Positions 22,180 to 33,020 of a stretch of 64,000 nucleotides of DNA are shown one piece after another. Each line of letters starts with the position of its first letter. The first letter of the stretch is position 1. The stretch spans positions 192,001-256,000 of the forward strand of contig CAWBKP010000014.1 in assembly GCA_963789395.1 (NCBI GenBank), given 5' to 3'. The notes beneath the pieces are model-generated. The model had not been told where the DNA came from, searched no databases, and saw only the letters and a list, made by a program, of their open reading frames with translations. The stretch comes from an uncultured delta proteobacterium (GTDB lineage: Bacteria > Desulfobacterota > Desulfobacteria > Desulfobacterales > Desulfatirhabdiaceae). The position numbers were made by a program, and so were the translations under genes.

Positions 22180-23556
22180 ATGAACGACAGGAAAATCCTA
22201 TTAACCGAGGATGAAATGCCGCGCCAGTGGTACAACATCCTTGCGGACATCAAAATGAATCCCCCGCTGGGTCCGGATGGAAATCCGGTTCGGCCTGAAG
22301 ATCTGGCGCCGGTGTTTCCCATGAACCTGATCGAGCAGGAAGTCAGTACGGACCGGTGGATTGACATCCCCGAGCCTGTCCTGGATGTTTACCGCATCTG
22401 GCGGCCTTCTCCCCTGGTCAGGGCCCTTTCTCTGGAAAAAGCACTGGATACCCCGGCGCGGATCTATTTTAAAAACGAAAGCGTCAGTCCGCCGGGAAGC
22501 CACAAACCCAACACGGCCGTTCCCCAGGCATATTACAATAAAGTATTCGGCATCGAAAAAATGACCACGGAAACCGGTGCCGGGCAGTGGGGAAGCGCCT
22601 TGTCGTTTGCCTGCTGTCAGTTCGGGCTGGAATGCAAGGTCTTCATGGTCCGGGTCAGCTTTGACCAGAAGCCGTATCGTAAAGCCATGATGGAGACCTG
22701 GGGCGGAAAATGCGTGGCCAGCCCCAGCATGGAAACCCGGGCCGGCCGGGAGGCGCTGGAGAAAGATCCCAATACGCCGGGAAGCCTGGGGATTGCAATC
22801 AGCGAAGCCATCGAGGCCGCGGTCAGCGACACGAGCGGCAAAACGCGGTATTCCCTTGGAAGCGTTCTGAACCATGTCATGCTGCATCAGACCATCATCG
22901 GCCTTGAGGCCAAAAAACAGCTGAAAAAAATCAATGAATATCCGGATGTGATCATCGGCTGCGCCGGCGGCGGCAGCAATTTTGCCGGGCTTGCGTTTCC
23001 CTTTATCCTGGATAAAATCAACGGAAAGCAGATAGACATCTATCCGGTTGAACCGGCTGCCTGCCCGACCCTGACGCGGGCGCCCTTTGTCTATGACCAT
23101 GGGGACACATCGCGCTATACGCCGCTGCTGCCCATGCACAGCCTGGGACACGCCTTTGTTCCGCCGCCGTTTCATGCCGGCGGACTGCGATATCATGGCA
23201 TGGCGCCGACCGTCAGCCAGCTGGCAGACGAAGGAATCATCACGCCGCGATCGGTTCAACAGATCCAGGCCTATGATGCCGGCATTGCCTTTGCCAGAAC
23301 CGAAGGCATTATTCCCGCGCCTGAAACCACGCATGCCCTGGCCTGTGTGGTGGAAGAAGCCCAAAAAGCCAAACTGGAAGGCAAGGAAAAAGTGATTCTG
23401 GTCAACTTGAGCGGTCATGGACTGCTGGATTTCGGGGCCTACGAAAAATATTTTTCAGGAGACATGACAAATATTGAAATGACCGATGATGAAATCTGTC
23501 GTTCCCAAAAAGTGTTTGATAATTTTCCGAAACCCGCTCATTTGAAAAGCAGTTAA
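22180..23556 (+). CDS. trpB2: TrpB2-type tryptophan synthase beta-like PLP enzyme
   Basis: [36 protein letters not shown]. Confidence 0.93.
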   Translation: MNDRKILLTEDEMPRQWYNILADIKMNPPLGPDGNPVRPEDLAPVFPMNLIEQEVSTDRWIDIPEPVLDVYRIWRPSPLVRALSLEKALDTPARIYFKNESVSPPGSHKPNTAVPQAYYNKVFGIEKMTTETGAGQWGSALSFACCQFGLECKVFMVRVSFDQKPYRKAMMETWGGKCVASPSMETRAGREALEKDPNTPGSLGIAISEAIEAAVSDTSGKTRYSLGSVLNHVMLHQTIIGLEAKKQLKKINEYPDVIIGCAGGGSNFAGLAFPFILDKINGKQIDIYPVEPAACPTLTRAPFVYDHGDTSRYTPLLPMHSLGHAFVPPPFHAGGLRYHGMAPTVSQLADEGIITPRSVQQIQAYDAGIAFARTEGIIPAPETTHALACVVEEAQKAKLEGKEKVILVNLSGHGLLDFGAYEKYFSGDMTNIEMTDDEICRSQKVFDNFPKPAHLKSS

Positions 23557-23561
23557 ACAGC

Positions 23562-23702
23562 GCCTGAACGGTAAGTCCGTTCAGGCAAAATCCGAATATC
23601 AAAATGGATAGAAATATCAGTTTGAAAACACACAGTATTGATCATTCGCATATTTGAGTTTTCGTCATTGTTTCGAATTTCGTGCTTCGGATTTCGAATT
23701 TA
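23562..23702 (+). repeat. Dispersed palindrome plus heptad-repeat element, copy B
   Basis: GCCTGAACGG-taagt-CCGTTCAGGC ... GTCATTGTTTCGAATTTCGTGCTTCGGATTTCGAATTTA, the latter identical to the sequence near 61680-61716. Confidence 0.85.
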
Positions 23703-23722
23703 TTAAGAAATAGGAGATTGTT

Positions 23723-24346
23723 TTGATTCTTCAATCCATGGCCGTTGGGCCGATTATGGCAAATTGTTTTATACTGGGCTGCGAAAAGACCCGAAAAGCC
23801 GCAGTAATAGACCCCGGTGCGGAATCGGGCAGGATTCTGATGAAGCTGGCAGAACAGAAGCTGACGGTTGAATACATCATCAACACGCACGGCCATTTCG
23901 ATCATGTCGGTGCAAACCGGAAACTGAAGGAAGCCACCGGTGCTAAGCTGGTAATCCACGCACTCGATCAGTCCATGCTGTCAGTTCTTTCGGAAACGTC
24001 TGCCGCGTTTGGCCTGTCTGTCGAAAACTCTCCGCCCCCGGATCAAACGGTTCAGGACGGCGATACTCTGCAATTCGGGGAAATCACGCTTACCGTTCTT
24101 CACACGCCGGGGCATACCCCCGGCGGTATCTCGCTGCATACGGACGGTGTGGTGTTTGTCGGGGATACACTTTTTGCCGGGTCCATCGGCCGGACCGATT
24201 TTCCGGGCGGAGATTTTGACACCCTGATTTCAAGCATTCGAAACAAACTCTATTCCCTGGGGGATAAGGTGATCGTCTATACCGGACATGGCCCGGAAAC
24301 CACCATCGGCAGGGAAAAACGCTTCAATCCATTTGCATCCATGTAA
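23723..24346 (+). CDS. MBL-fold metallo-hydrolase (glyoxalase II-like)
   Basis: THGHFDHVG, HTPGHTPG, GDTLF, GHG. Confidence 0.92.
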   Translation: MILQSMAVGPIMANCFILGCEKTRKAAVIDPGAESGRILMKLAEQKLTVEYIINTHGHFDHVGANRKLKEATGAKLVIHALDQSMLSVLSETSAAFGLSVENSPPPDQTVQDGDTLQFGEITLTVLHTPGHTPGGISLHTDGVVFVGDTLFAGSIGRTDFPGGDFDTLISSIRNKLYSLGDKVIVYTGHGPETTIGREKRFNPFASM

Positions 24347-24348
24347 CC

Positions 24349-24386
24349 AAGCGGTTTTGCGAATCATCGAACCCGCAAAACCGCTT
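24349..24386. terminator. Hairpin between convergent genes
   Basis: Perfect 13-bp inverted repeat AAGCGGTTTTGCG / CGCAAAACCGCTT. Confidence 0.6.
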
Positions 24387-25755
24387 ATTTGTTTTCCGTT
24401 TGGCGCTGCTTCAAAAAATTTCTGATGTGGCTTTGCCCGACACCGATGGCTTTGGCTGTCGCGACGATGTCCTGATTATTCTGCATCAGTTTTTGATTGA
24501 TGAATTCGTCTTCAAAGGCTTTTTGCGCATCCTTGAGCCGGTCGATTGAAAACAACGGGGATTCACGCGGATCGGAAGTCGCATTTTTTTCGCATGAACG
24601 GATGGGAAAAGGGATGTCTTTTTCCGAGATCGTATCTCCATCCACCATGATGGATAGCCGCTCGAGCATATTTTTCAGTTCCCGGACATTCCCCGGCCAC
24701 GAATAGGCCCCAAGCAGGTCAAGGGCTGCGGGTGTCAGCGTTTTTCCGGGGCAATTGTTCTGCCTGGCGAATTCACCGAGGAACAGATCCGCCAGAAGCG
24801 GCAGGTCATCAATGCGCTTACGCAGCGGCGGAACTTCAATGGGAATGACATTGAGACGGAAATACAATTCCTCCCGAAAATTTCCCCTGGCGATTTCCGC
24901 TTCAACGTCCTTGTTGGTGGCGGCGATTATCCGAACGTTCATCTCCAGTGTCCGGCTGCCACCGATGCGGTGAAACTGTTTTTCCTGAAGCACGCGCAGC
25001 ATTTTTCCCTGCGACTTTAAACTCATATCCCCGATTTCATCCAGAAAAAGCGTCCCCTTGCCTGCCAGCTCGAATTTCCCTCTTTTTTTAACGGCTGCCC
25101 CGGGAAACGCCCCTTTTTCATGGCCGAACAGCTCGCTTTCGATCAGCTCTTCCGGAATGGCCGCACAATTGACATCCACCAACGGCTCATACGCACGGCT
25201 GCTGAGCTGATGAATGGTACGGACAACCAGTTCCTTGCCGCACCCGTTTTCTCCGGTAATCAGAATCCACGCATCGGTGGGACCTGCCACGGCGATCTGT
25301 TTTTTCAGGGCAAGGGTCGCCGGACTGCTTCCGGTAATGGCATTTTTTTCGATGGTTTTTTTCCGGAGATATTTGTTTTCCTCTTCAAGCCTGCGATAAT
25401 TCAATGCCCGATTAATGGCCACAATCACCTTGTCGATGGAAAGCGGTTTTTCGATCAGGTCAAAGGCCCCCAGCTTGGTGGCGCTTACCGCGGTTTCGAT
25501 GGTGCCATGTCCGGTAATGATAATGACCTGAATCACCGGGTTGTTTTTTTTAATTTCCTTCAAAGTTTCAATGCCGTCCAGACCCGGCATCCAGATGTCC
25601 AGCAGCACCAGATCCGGCGCTTCCTGTTCGATGCGCTTCAGAGCTTCATACCCGTTTGAAGCTGTGAAAATTTCAAACCCCTCATCAGACAGAATCCCGC
25701 TCAGGGATTTCAGAATGGAGGGCTCATCATCGACGATCATAACGGATGGATACAT
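24385..25755 (-). CDS. ntrX: NtrX-like sigma54-type response regulator
   Basis: REC domain (LLDIWMP), GENGCGKE, ESELFGHEKGAFPGA, WPGNVRELKN; adjacent to an NtrY-like kinase. Confidence 0.8.
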   Translation of the reverse strand: MYPSVMIVDDEPSILKSLSGILSDEGFEIFTASNGYEALKRIEQEAPDLVLLDIWMPGLDGIETLKEIKKNNPVIQVIIITGHGTIETAVSATKLGAFDLIEKPLSIDKVIVAINRALNYRRLEEENKYLRKKTIEKNAITGSSPATLALKKQIAVAGPTDAWILITGENGCGKELVVRTIHQLSSRAYEPLVDVNCAAIPEELIESELFGHEKGAFPGAAVKKRGKFELAGKGTLFLDEIGDMSLKSQGKMLRVLQEKQFHRIGGSRTLEMNVRIIAATNKDVEAEIARGNFREELYFRLNVIPIEVPPLRKRIDDLPLLADLFLGEFARQNNCPGKTLTPAALDLLGAYSWPGNVRELKNMLERLSIMVDGDTISEKDIPFPIRSCEKNATSDPRESPLFSIDRLKDAQKAFEDEFINQKLMQNNQDIVATAKAIGVGQSHIRNFLKQRQTENK

Positions 25756-25779
25756 TTCCTGTCCTTTCTGTTAACAAGT

Positions 25780-25822
25780 GCCTGATCGGATGGTCCGTTC
25801 AGATAATAATACCGAATATCAA
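25780..25822 (+). repeat. Dispersed palindrome element, copy D (degenerate, truncated)
   Basis: GCCTGATCGG-atggt-CCGTTCAG followed by ...CCGAATATCAA as in copy B. Confidence 0.65.
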
Positions 25823-25832
25823 TTTTTGAGAC

Positions 25833-28091
25833 TCAAGCCGGCAGTTCGAAAATAAACCGGGCGCCCCTGGGATGATTGTCTTCCGCGCGGATCGTTCCAT
25901 GATGATCCATCACGATGGAGTTGACGATAGCCAGCCCAAGCCCCATGCCCGTGAGTTTTGTCGAAAAATCCGGTTCAAACAGCCGGTTCTTGTCTTCATC
26001 GGAAATACCGTCGCCGGTATCCGCAACTTCAACGCGAACCAGCTTGTGCACCACATCATGAAAAAGAGCAATTGTGATTTCACCTTCTGAGTGAATGGCG
26101 GCAATGGCATTGTCGACAAGGTTGATCATGACCCGTTTGATCTGCTGGCGGTCGAGATTGATGACGGGAATATGTCCCGGTTTTATGATTTCAAACCGGA
26201 CGTCCGAATGGCCTTCGCGATAGAGCGCGACGGTTTCTTCAATAATGGGCAGAATTTCCCCGGGTTTCGGGTTCGCCGAAGGGAATCTGGCGAATGCCGA
26301 AAATTCATTGACAAGATTTCTAATTATATCAACATGATCAATGATCATTTGAGTGCATTCGTCAAACACTGGCTCCTTGATCTGCCGGGAATATTTTCGT
26401 TTCAGGCGCTGCGCGGAAAGGGTAATGGGCGTCAGCGGATTTTTGACTTCATGAGCGATGCGCCTGGCCACTTCCCTCCAGGCGGCTATCCGCTGCGCTT
26501 TTTCAAGCTCCGTCAGATCGTCAAACACCACGACAATTCCGATATGACACCCACTGTCGTCCTTCAGAGAACTGATGTGTAGCATGAAGCTTCGAGTCCG
26601 ACCGTCAATCGTCACTCTCAACGGCAATTCTATAAAATCAGTGTGAATCCCTTTAAACCCGAGAATGATTTTTTCAGCCATTTTCAGATATCTGCCATGA
26701 AGCAGGCGAATGTGGTTTTTTCCAACTACCTGCTCTGCGGAGATATTCAGCATTTTTTCCGCCGACGTATTGATCGTGGCGATAAAACCGCCTGCATCCA
26801 GCGTAACAACACCGGTGGAAATATTTTTTAAAACGATCTCCATGTACTGGCGTTTTGCTTCGATCTCGACATTCTGCTCGCGAAGCTTATTGGACGTCAG
26901 CTCCAGCTGATCCCGGGTGAACCGCAGATCCCGGGTCATCTTGTTGAAGGAATCCACCAGGCTGCCGATTTCATCATCGCCAACCGATCCGATCTGGAAA
27001 CTCAAATCGCCTTCGGCAACCCGCCGAGTGCCTTCAGCCAGTTCCTTAATGGGAATGCTGATGGATTTTGCCAGATAAAACCCGAACCATAAAGCACAGA
27101 ACACCACCAGAAGCCCAACAATGGAAAGGGTGATATAATAGGAAATCTGGATGGGTTTTTTCAGCAGCTTGATCTGCTGATACTCTTCAAACCCCCTTGA
27201 AATGGATGCCATGTTTTCAGAAAGATACGGCGGAATCATCACGGTCAAGACCAGATAGGCCTCTGCATCAGCGGGCTTGACACCGAAAGGAATGCTTCCG
27301 ACCGTTCGAATCGCCTCGCCGCCGGAGATGACTTGAGAAAATGATGATACAGACTTGGGGTAGGATTCTTTATGAAGCTGGTCAATGGAAACCGCCGGAA
27401 GCGATTGCGTGGTCAGGTCGTTTCCCAGGGACTGGGTGATGCGCCTGCCGTGAACATCGTACACTTCAACCGCATCCAGATTGAACGAGCGCTGGACGAT
27501 TTCAATGTATTGGGACAATTCTTTGGCCCTTGCGGGTTCCAGAAGTTTGCGGGTCTTGACCTGATAGGCGGTCCTGTCCAGGAAAAACGCATTGCTGTTT
27601 TCCGAAATTCCATAAATCTGCCTGCCGACATGCAGCGAGTTTTCAAGGGCCTGCTCGACCGGAACATTAAACCAGAAATCAATGCTGGAGGTAATAAACC
27701 CCATGGAAAAGAAAAACATCACTCCGGCGGGAATCAGGGAGAGCGAAACAAAGGCGATGACCAGCCGGGTTCGCAGCTTTGATCCCATGACCTTTCGCCT
27801 CCGGTCGTACAGCAATTTGACCAGATTTCGAAAAACCAGAAAAATCAAAAGGATCAGCAGCAACAGATTGATGTTCGTCATCGTAAACATCAAAATGGTA
27901 TTTGAGATGGGAAAATCGGCGCCAAAATGGATAAGCTTGTTCTGGACGTATGTCATCACCGCAACAAAAATAAGAATGGCCGCGATAATGATCATCTCTC
28001 GCTTGCGTCGTTTGCGATCTTCTGAAGAAATAAAGGAAGAAGCGGTTTTGAAGCGATTTCGATTCATGGTGTTGAATTTTACAGGCACCAA
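25833..28091 (-). CDS. ntrY: NtrY-like membrane sensor histidine kinase (HAMP-PAS-HisKA)
   Basis: TM helices, GSKLRTRL, AWREVARRIAHEVKNPLTPI, GMGLGLAIV. Confidence 0.85.
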   Translation of the reverse strand: MVPVKFNTMNRNRFKTASSFISSEDRKRRKREMIIIAAILIFVAVMTYVQNKLIHFGADFPISNTILMFTMTNINLLLLILLIFLVFRNLVKLLYDRRRKVMGSKLRTRLVIAFVSLSLIPAGVMFFFSMGFITSSIDFWFNVPVEQALENSLHVGRQIYGISENSNAFFLDRTAYQVKTRKLLEPARAKELSQYIEIVQRSFNLDAVEVYDVHGRRITQSLGNDLTTQSLPAVSIDQLHKESYPKSVSSFSQVISGGEAIRTVGSIPFGVKPADAEAYLVLTVMIPPYLSENMASISRGFEEYQQIKLLKKPIQISYYITLSIVGLLVVFCALWFGFYLAKSISIPIKELAEGTRRVAEGDLSFQIGSVGDDEIGSLVDSFNKMTRDLRFTRDQLELTSNKLREQNVEIEAKRQYMEIVLKNISTGVVTLDAGGFIATINTSAEKMLNISAEQVVGKNHIRLLHGRYLKMAEKIILGFKGIHTDFIELPLRVTIDGRTRSFMLHISSLKDDSGCHIGIVVVFDDLTELEKAQRIAAWREVARRIAHEVKNPLTPITLSAQRLKRKYSRQIKEPVFDECTQMIIDHVDIIRNLVNEFSAFARFPSANPKPGEILPIIEETVALYREGHSDVRFEIIKPGHIPVINLDRQQIKRVMINLVDNAIAAIHSEGEITIALFHDVVHKLVRVEVADTGDGISDEDKNRLFEPDFSTKLTGMGLGLAIVNSIVMDHHGTIRAEDNHPRGARFIFELPA

Positions 28092-28219
28092 ACTGATTTT
28101 GCAATGACAGAAAGCGTTCTCTAATTCCCTTCCACATTACCCGGTGAGACCGGCAGAAAACAAGACAACAGAAAAATGGCCAAGGACGCGTGGCTCAGGT
28201 CCGTAATTTGAACAGAAAA

Positions 28220-28750
28220 TCAATCTGTCAAAGACTCAGAATCATCTTCCTCATTTATGCTTTTCAGTTTCGATCGAAGTGGTTCATAGTAGCATACGCT
28301 TTTGCCTTCATTCGTTTTGCTGTGAACTTTAACTTTATATTTCAGGTTATCTTTTTCATTGAACCATTGATATATCCACCAGTCGCCATCCTGTTTCATG
28401 GAATATGGTTGTGTTCCAACCTGCTTGGATACATTTTTTTCCATTCTGTCTCTGATATCCTCTGTATGACCCGCTTCTTCCGGTATATTGATGATCCGTG
28501 CATACAGCTGGTCTTGAATAAAGGCAAAGACAACCTTGGGATTGGCATGATTATGCATCACCATACGGCATGGACCGGTATAGTTGTAATAGGATATTCC
28601 GCCTTTTTCCATATACCAGACGAAATATCCCTCTTTGTTCAGATCCTCGATACGGGAACCAAAATCCGGTTGATTGCAGTCAAAACTTAGTGCCAGTAAT
28701 GGAAAGGCCAGAATAAAAAATCCCAGGATGAAACACATTTTTTTCAGCAT
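28220..28750 (-). CDS. Hypothetical exported protein
   Basis: Signal-peptide-like MLKKMCFILGFFILAFPLLALS; no family recognised. Confidence 0.65.
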   Translation of the reverse strand: MLKKMCFILGFFILAFPLLALSFDCNQPDFGSRIEDLNKEGYFVWYMEKGGISYYNYTGPCRMVMHNHANPKVVFAFIQDQLYARIINIPEEAGHTEDIRDRMEKNVSKQVGTQPYSMKQDGDWWIYQWFNEKDNLKYKVKVHSKTNEGKSVCYYEPLRSKLKSINEEDDSESLTD

Positions 28751-28800
28751 TGTGATTCCTTTCTTATTGTGAGAATAGCTTCTGAAAGCAGCGCCTTGAT

Positions 28801-29808
28801 TCAGGGCAGCCTGTATATTACCCCGCCCCAAGTCAGTCCTGCGCCCAGACCGATGAACATTACATTATCCCCGGACTTCAGCATTCCTTTCTCCATCAGC
28901 TCATCCAAGGCAATGGGAATCGTAGCTCCAGTGGTATTCCCATATTGCTGAATATTATTAAAGATTTTTTCCTCAGGGATCTTCATACGATCCCTGAAAG
29001 CTTCATTTATCCGCAAGTTGGCCTGGTGGGGAACAACCATGTCCAGATCTTCCGATTGAATACCTGCTTTATCCAGCAGTTCCCGGGCTACTTCAGGCAG
29101 CAGGGTGAGCGCCAGTTTGAAAACGGTTTTTCCGTCCATGTAAGGGAAAAACTCTTGTTTGGCCAGAACCTCCGCATTCATGATCGGGCCGCTTTTCTGC
29201 GCCGGAACTCCCGCTTTCAAAACACCTGCATAATTTCCATCAGCATGAAAGACAGAGGCCAGAATACCAATTTCTTCGTCAGTCTCTTCACCCTCAATGC
29301 AGACTGCACCTGCACCATCGGCAAAAATAACTGCTGTATCCCGATTCTGCGTGGTCAGTTCAAGAAACCGGCTCTGGGTTTCAGCCCCGACCAACAGGAT
29401 TTTCTGTGCCTTGCCACTTTGGATATAGGCATCACACAATTCCAATCCATGCAGAAAACCAGTGCATTGTTGGCGAATATCAAGTGCCGGGACTTTTTTA
29501 GCCCCCAGTTTATGTTGAAGAATGACACCTGAACCGGGGATATAAACATCCGATGTCATGGTGGCGAATACAATCAGATCAAGATCGGCAGGTTCCCAAC
29601 CGGCCCTGCCAAGGGCTATCTTTGAAGCTTCCAGCGCCAGGTCAGACGTTCCCACGTCATCACCTTCTTTCACCCAATATCTGGCCTCAATCCCTGTACG
29701 TTGGCGTATCCATTCATCTGAGGTGTCCAAAATTTTGGCTAAATCGTCGTTGGATACATGATGGTCCGGTACGAACCTGCCGGTGCTTTTAATAATTGAT
29801 CGTTTCAT
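28801..29808 (-). CDS. fabH: Ketoacyl-ACP synthase III family protein
   Basis: DTSDEWIRQRTGI, QQCTGF, FADGAGA, PHQANLRI, YGNT, GAGLTWG. Confidence 0.9.
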   Translation of the reverse strand: MKRSIIKSTGRFVPDHHVSNDDLAKILDTSDEWIRQRTGIEARYWVKEGDDVGTSDLALEASKIALGRAGWEPADLDLIVFATMTSDVYIPGSGVILQHKLGAKKVPALDIRQQCTGFLHGLELCDAYIQSGKAQKILLVGAETQSRFLELTTQNRDTAVIFADGAGAVCIEGEETDEEIGILASVFHADGNYAGVLKAGVPAQKSGPIMNAEVLAKQEFFPYMDGKTVFKLALTLLPEVARELLDKAGIQSEDLDMVVPHQANLRINEAFRDRMKIPEEKIFNNIQQYGNTTGATIPIALDELMEKGMLKSGDNVMFIGLGAGLTWGGVIYRLP

Positions 29809-29923
29809 AATTTGGTGATAACCATTTGTCGTCTCTGGAAAGTCTGAAGAGCCCTGTCCTGTTGATTTAAAAAGCAGATGTTTTTGAGGATAAAGAAAAG
29901 CCCCCATGTTCATTGTCAAAACT

Positions 29924-30817
29924 TCATATCCCAAATCCAATGTGTTCCTCACCGGCCGATCTGTCAGAGTTGTGCTCCAGCTCTGCAATTACCTGGGCGC
30001 CAAACAGCAGGATTACGGCAACAACCTCAATACTGAGAAGGGCCACAACCGTTGTGGCGATGGAGCCATAGATGACATTCACGATGGATATGGCCGCGTA
30101 ATACCAGATCAGCACCCGTCGTGTAATCTCCCATAATACCGCCGCGGTAATTCCGCCGATGAGCGCGTAACGAATCCTGACACGAACCACCGGCATTACC
30201 AGATAGATGGAGGTGAGCATCAGCACCTCTCCCATTATCCCCAGGATATACAGCGCTACCCCGGTAGTGCCGCCTAAATTCAAACTCCAGTTGAGAATTG
30301 ACAAATGTCTGTTTTCAAGTGTCTCGACCGTGCCGACAATAAACGACGCCAGCCCGATACCGAGCCCCATCACAATGATATACACATAGGGAATGATTGC
30401 GGAGATGAGAAAGTATCGGCGATGTGTTTTATCCCGCTGAAAAAAAATCACTGACATGGCGTTTTCAAGCATCGAAAAGGCAAGGGAGCTGAAGAACAGC
30501 ATTCCTAGAAAACCGATAATGCCTATAACATGTCGATGTTCAAGAAAAGCCTGTACCTGTTTGATCAAAGTGGTCGCATAACCGGGAATCATCATTCCCA
30601 GATACGTTGACAAAGTTTGCAACAACTGCTGCTCATCTATAAAATTCGCCAGCACAATTGGGGCGAGAATCGACAGGGGCACAATGGACAACAATGTATA
30701 ATAAGCGACAGCGCCAGCCAGCAAGAGCCCCTTATTGCGTATGAAACTGTGCACAACACGCACCAGAAAGCACCAGAAACTTTTCGCCAACCCACTTGCA
30801 TGATGTCTTCTGTTCAT
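29924..30817 (-). CDS. YihY/BrkB-family membrane protein
   Basis: AGAVAYYTLLSIVP, IYGSIA, LLFGAQ; multiple TM segments. Confidence 0.88.
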   Translation of the reverse strand: MNRRHHASGLAKSFWCFLVRVVHSFIRNKGLLLAGAVAYYTLLSIVPLSILAPIVLANFIDEQQLLQTLSTYLGMMIPGYATTLIKQVQAFLEHRHVIGIIGFLGMLFFSSLAFSMLENAMSVIFFQRDKTHRRYFLISAIIPYVYIIVMGLGIGLASFIVGTVETLENRHLSILNWSLNLGGTTGVALYILGIMGEVLMLTSIYLVMPVVRVRIRYALIGGITAAVLWEITRRVLIWYYAAISIVNVIYGSIATTVVALLSIEVVAVILLFGAQVIAELEHNSDRSAGEEHIGFGI

Positions 30818-30929
30818 AAAGTAATCAGAAGTTTCCCTCCCGCTTCTCCGAAGCGTCAGTGTTCCTCATTAGATAGGGAAAACTATCCTTGGGTGACAGG
30901 CTGTACTCCTGTATCGCTCTCCCATCGCT

Positions 30930-31119
30930 TCAAATCCGCTCAGGCGTCCGCACTTTGTGATCTTTTGAACGGGTCTCGGTCATTAGATATTTTTCCAGTA
31001 CTTGACCACCTTCCGCCAACTTGTCTTTCGATACATTTCAGCCAAAAAGTAATCCGGATTCCATAGCCACATCAAGTCCTGCTCTGTCCACCAGATATGA
31101 TTCTCTGAGGATATTCCAT
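30930..31119 (-). pseudogene. Decayed putative molybdenum-carrier protein gene
   Basis: MEYPQRIISGGQ / frameshift / DRAGLDVAMESGLLFG*NVSKDKLAEGGQVLEKYLMTETRSKDHKVRT resembles the family pattern IISGGQTGxDRAxLD...GR.AEDG...Y.L.ET.S..Y..RT. Confidence 0.6.
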
Positions 31120-31172
31120 AAGGCTCTTCTCCGAGCGATCTAACGGCTGGGAGAGAAACACGGCTACTCAAT

Positions 31173-31685
31173 TTATCTTTCTGATGGTTTTCTTATCATC
31201 TCTTGAGGCCATTTACTCGCCACTTCCTCTTCTCCCTTGTAATAGTCCACTTTCGAATTGCTCTCGAAAACCTCCTGAAATGGGAGGATATTGATCTTCC
31301 CAGAATCAGGATATTCGCAAACGTCTATGCCGAACTTAGTCCTGATGTCAAGATAAACGCAGGGTGCATCACTATGATTGTAAAGCTGGTGAGCGCCAAG
31401 CGGCCCTTGCTCAAAGAAAATAAGATCCCCCTGTACAACTTTTTGAAACCCGTCAGGAGAACGAAGGGTCACCTCGCCAGAAAGAATAAAAAACAATTCT
31501 TCGGAGGCTCTGTGAAAATGGTATGGAAATGAAAATCGCCCTGAGTCCAAGGAACGAATATCAAATTCTAGGTGTTTGGATTCAGCCAATTTTGCAAATC
31601 TGGGGCTCGTATTCCATATAAATTCGGGAATCCGGGGCGCGAGTTTTTTGAATTGCAGATTTTGTGTACGGAAAACCTTTGGCAT
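31173..31685 (-). CDS. Cupin domain protein
   Basis: PYHFHRASEELFFILSG, AHQLYN, DVCEYPDSGK. Confidence 0.88.
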   Translation of the reverse strand: MPKVFRTQNLQFKKLAPRIPEFIWNTSPRFAKLAESKHLEFDIRSLDSGRFSFPYHFHRASEELFFILSGEVTLRSPDGFQKVVQGDLIFFEQGPLGAHQLYNHSDAPCVYLDIRTKFGIDVCEYPDSGKINILPFQEVFESNSKVDYYKGEEEVASKWPQEMIRKPSER

Positions 31686-31807
31686 TATTCCCTCCAGTTC
31701 ATGTTGAATCCACCGGTATTCACAGTATAGGATCTCCAGCCTTAAATGGAACAATACTTGAAATGGACAGCTTTCAGACGAGAATATGCAAGATGAAAAT
31801 GTAGCTG

Positions 31808-32863
31808 TTAAATCATCGAAATATGTTCTGGCGCGTCTGTAACATCCCCGATGATTGCGGCATGGGAGATGCCGTTATACTTCAGCCCGGCCAGAAGTGC
31901 GGCTGCCTGTGTCCCGGGAATGCTAATCAAAAGCCCGCCGGAGGTCTGGGGATCAAAAGAAATATCCTGCAGGACACGGTCCACTTGCGGACCAAAAGTC
32001 ACCATTTTTTTCCGGAATTCCCGGTTTTTGTAAGCACCCGCCGGCACCAGGCCCATGGCGGCATATTCCCTGGCTTCCGGGAGAACGGGAAGCATCGATG
32101 CATAAATTGTCATGCCGAATCCAGATCCGGCAACCATTTCGGCCAGATGCCCCAACAGGCCAAAGCCGGTGATATCGGTGCAGGCACTGACAGCAAAATC
32201 GCTCATGGCTTCAGCTGCCCGACGATTCAAGGTCGCCATCAAGCGGATTGTGGTTGCGATGACGGCGGAAGACGCAAGCCCGCCTTTGATCGCGGTATTA
32301 ACAATGCCGGTCCCCAGGGGTTTGGTCAGAATCAACCGGTCTCCGGGGCGAATCGTTTTTTTGGTCAACACGTTGCCGGGATGGATGAATCCGGTAACTG
32401 ACAGCCCGTATTTCAATTCACTGTCTTCGATGCTGTGTCCGCCGATCAGCACCACCCCGGCTTCGGTTATTTTGTCCAGACCGCCCTGGATAATCTGCCT
32501 AAGCACGGAAATATCCATTGTTTTCAAAGGAAAAGCCACCAGATTCATTGCAGTTTTGGGAACGCCGCCCATGGCGTAGATGTCGCTCAGGGCATTGGCT
32601 GCGGCAATCTGGCCGAATGCATACGGATCATCCACAATCGGCGTGAAAAAATCGACGGTTTGAATCAGGGCCAGATCATCGGATACTTTATAGACACCGG
32701 CATCATCAGCGCGGTCCAGCCCGACCAGCACATTGGCATTTGTTGGAAATACCATTCCGCACAGTGCCCTCTCCAGGTCCCCTGGAGGCAGTTTGGAAGC
32801 TCAGCCGGCGCCTTTTACGGTTTCAGTCAGTCGGAGAGGATTCGGGTCTTTCGGGTTTTTCAT
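31808..32863 (-). CDS. selD: Selenide, water dikinase; selenoprotein form (Sec21)
   Basis: ATG 32863: MKNPKDPNPLRLTETVKGAG-TGA(32801-32803)-ASKLPPGDL, in frame with ORF 31808-32755 (DDAGVY, QTVDFFTP, ANALSDIYAMGG, DPQTSGGLL). Confidence 0.95.
32765..32790 (-). promoter_or_regulatory. Candidate SECIS hairpin for selD
   Basis: CTCCAGG-GGA-CCTGGAG perfect stem; loop begins 21 nt after the TGA. Confidence 0.75.
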
Positions 32864-33020
32864 AGGAAGCGAATGTACACCAATTAGACAAAAATACAAT
32901 CATAATGAGTTCTCAGGTTGTCATTTATGCGCTACAATCAGATTGTGATGTTCGAAACATCGCAACACACAAGGGTATTGTTTGATCGGAAAATATCAGC
33001 ACTTCCGCTGTTTACCAATC

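Noticed and set aside
23671..23702. Repeated TTTCGAATTTCG... block as a CRISPR repeat
   Set aside because: Copies are tens of kb apart, with no spacer array and no cas genes.
30890..30945. CTTCAAATCC and CAGG...CTCCTG resembling tRNA-Sec parts near selD
   Set aside because: Elements are in the wrong order and form no anticodon or acceptor stem.
30983..31171. 62-aa ORF MSSRVSLP... as a real gene
   Set aside because: It overlaps the molybdenum-carrier-like pseudogene, whose motifs lie in the other two frames.
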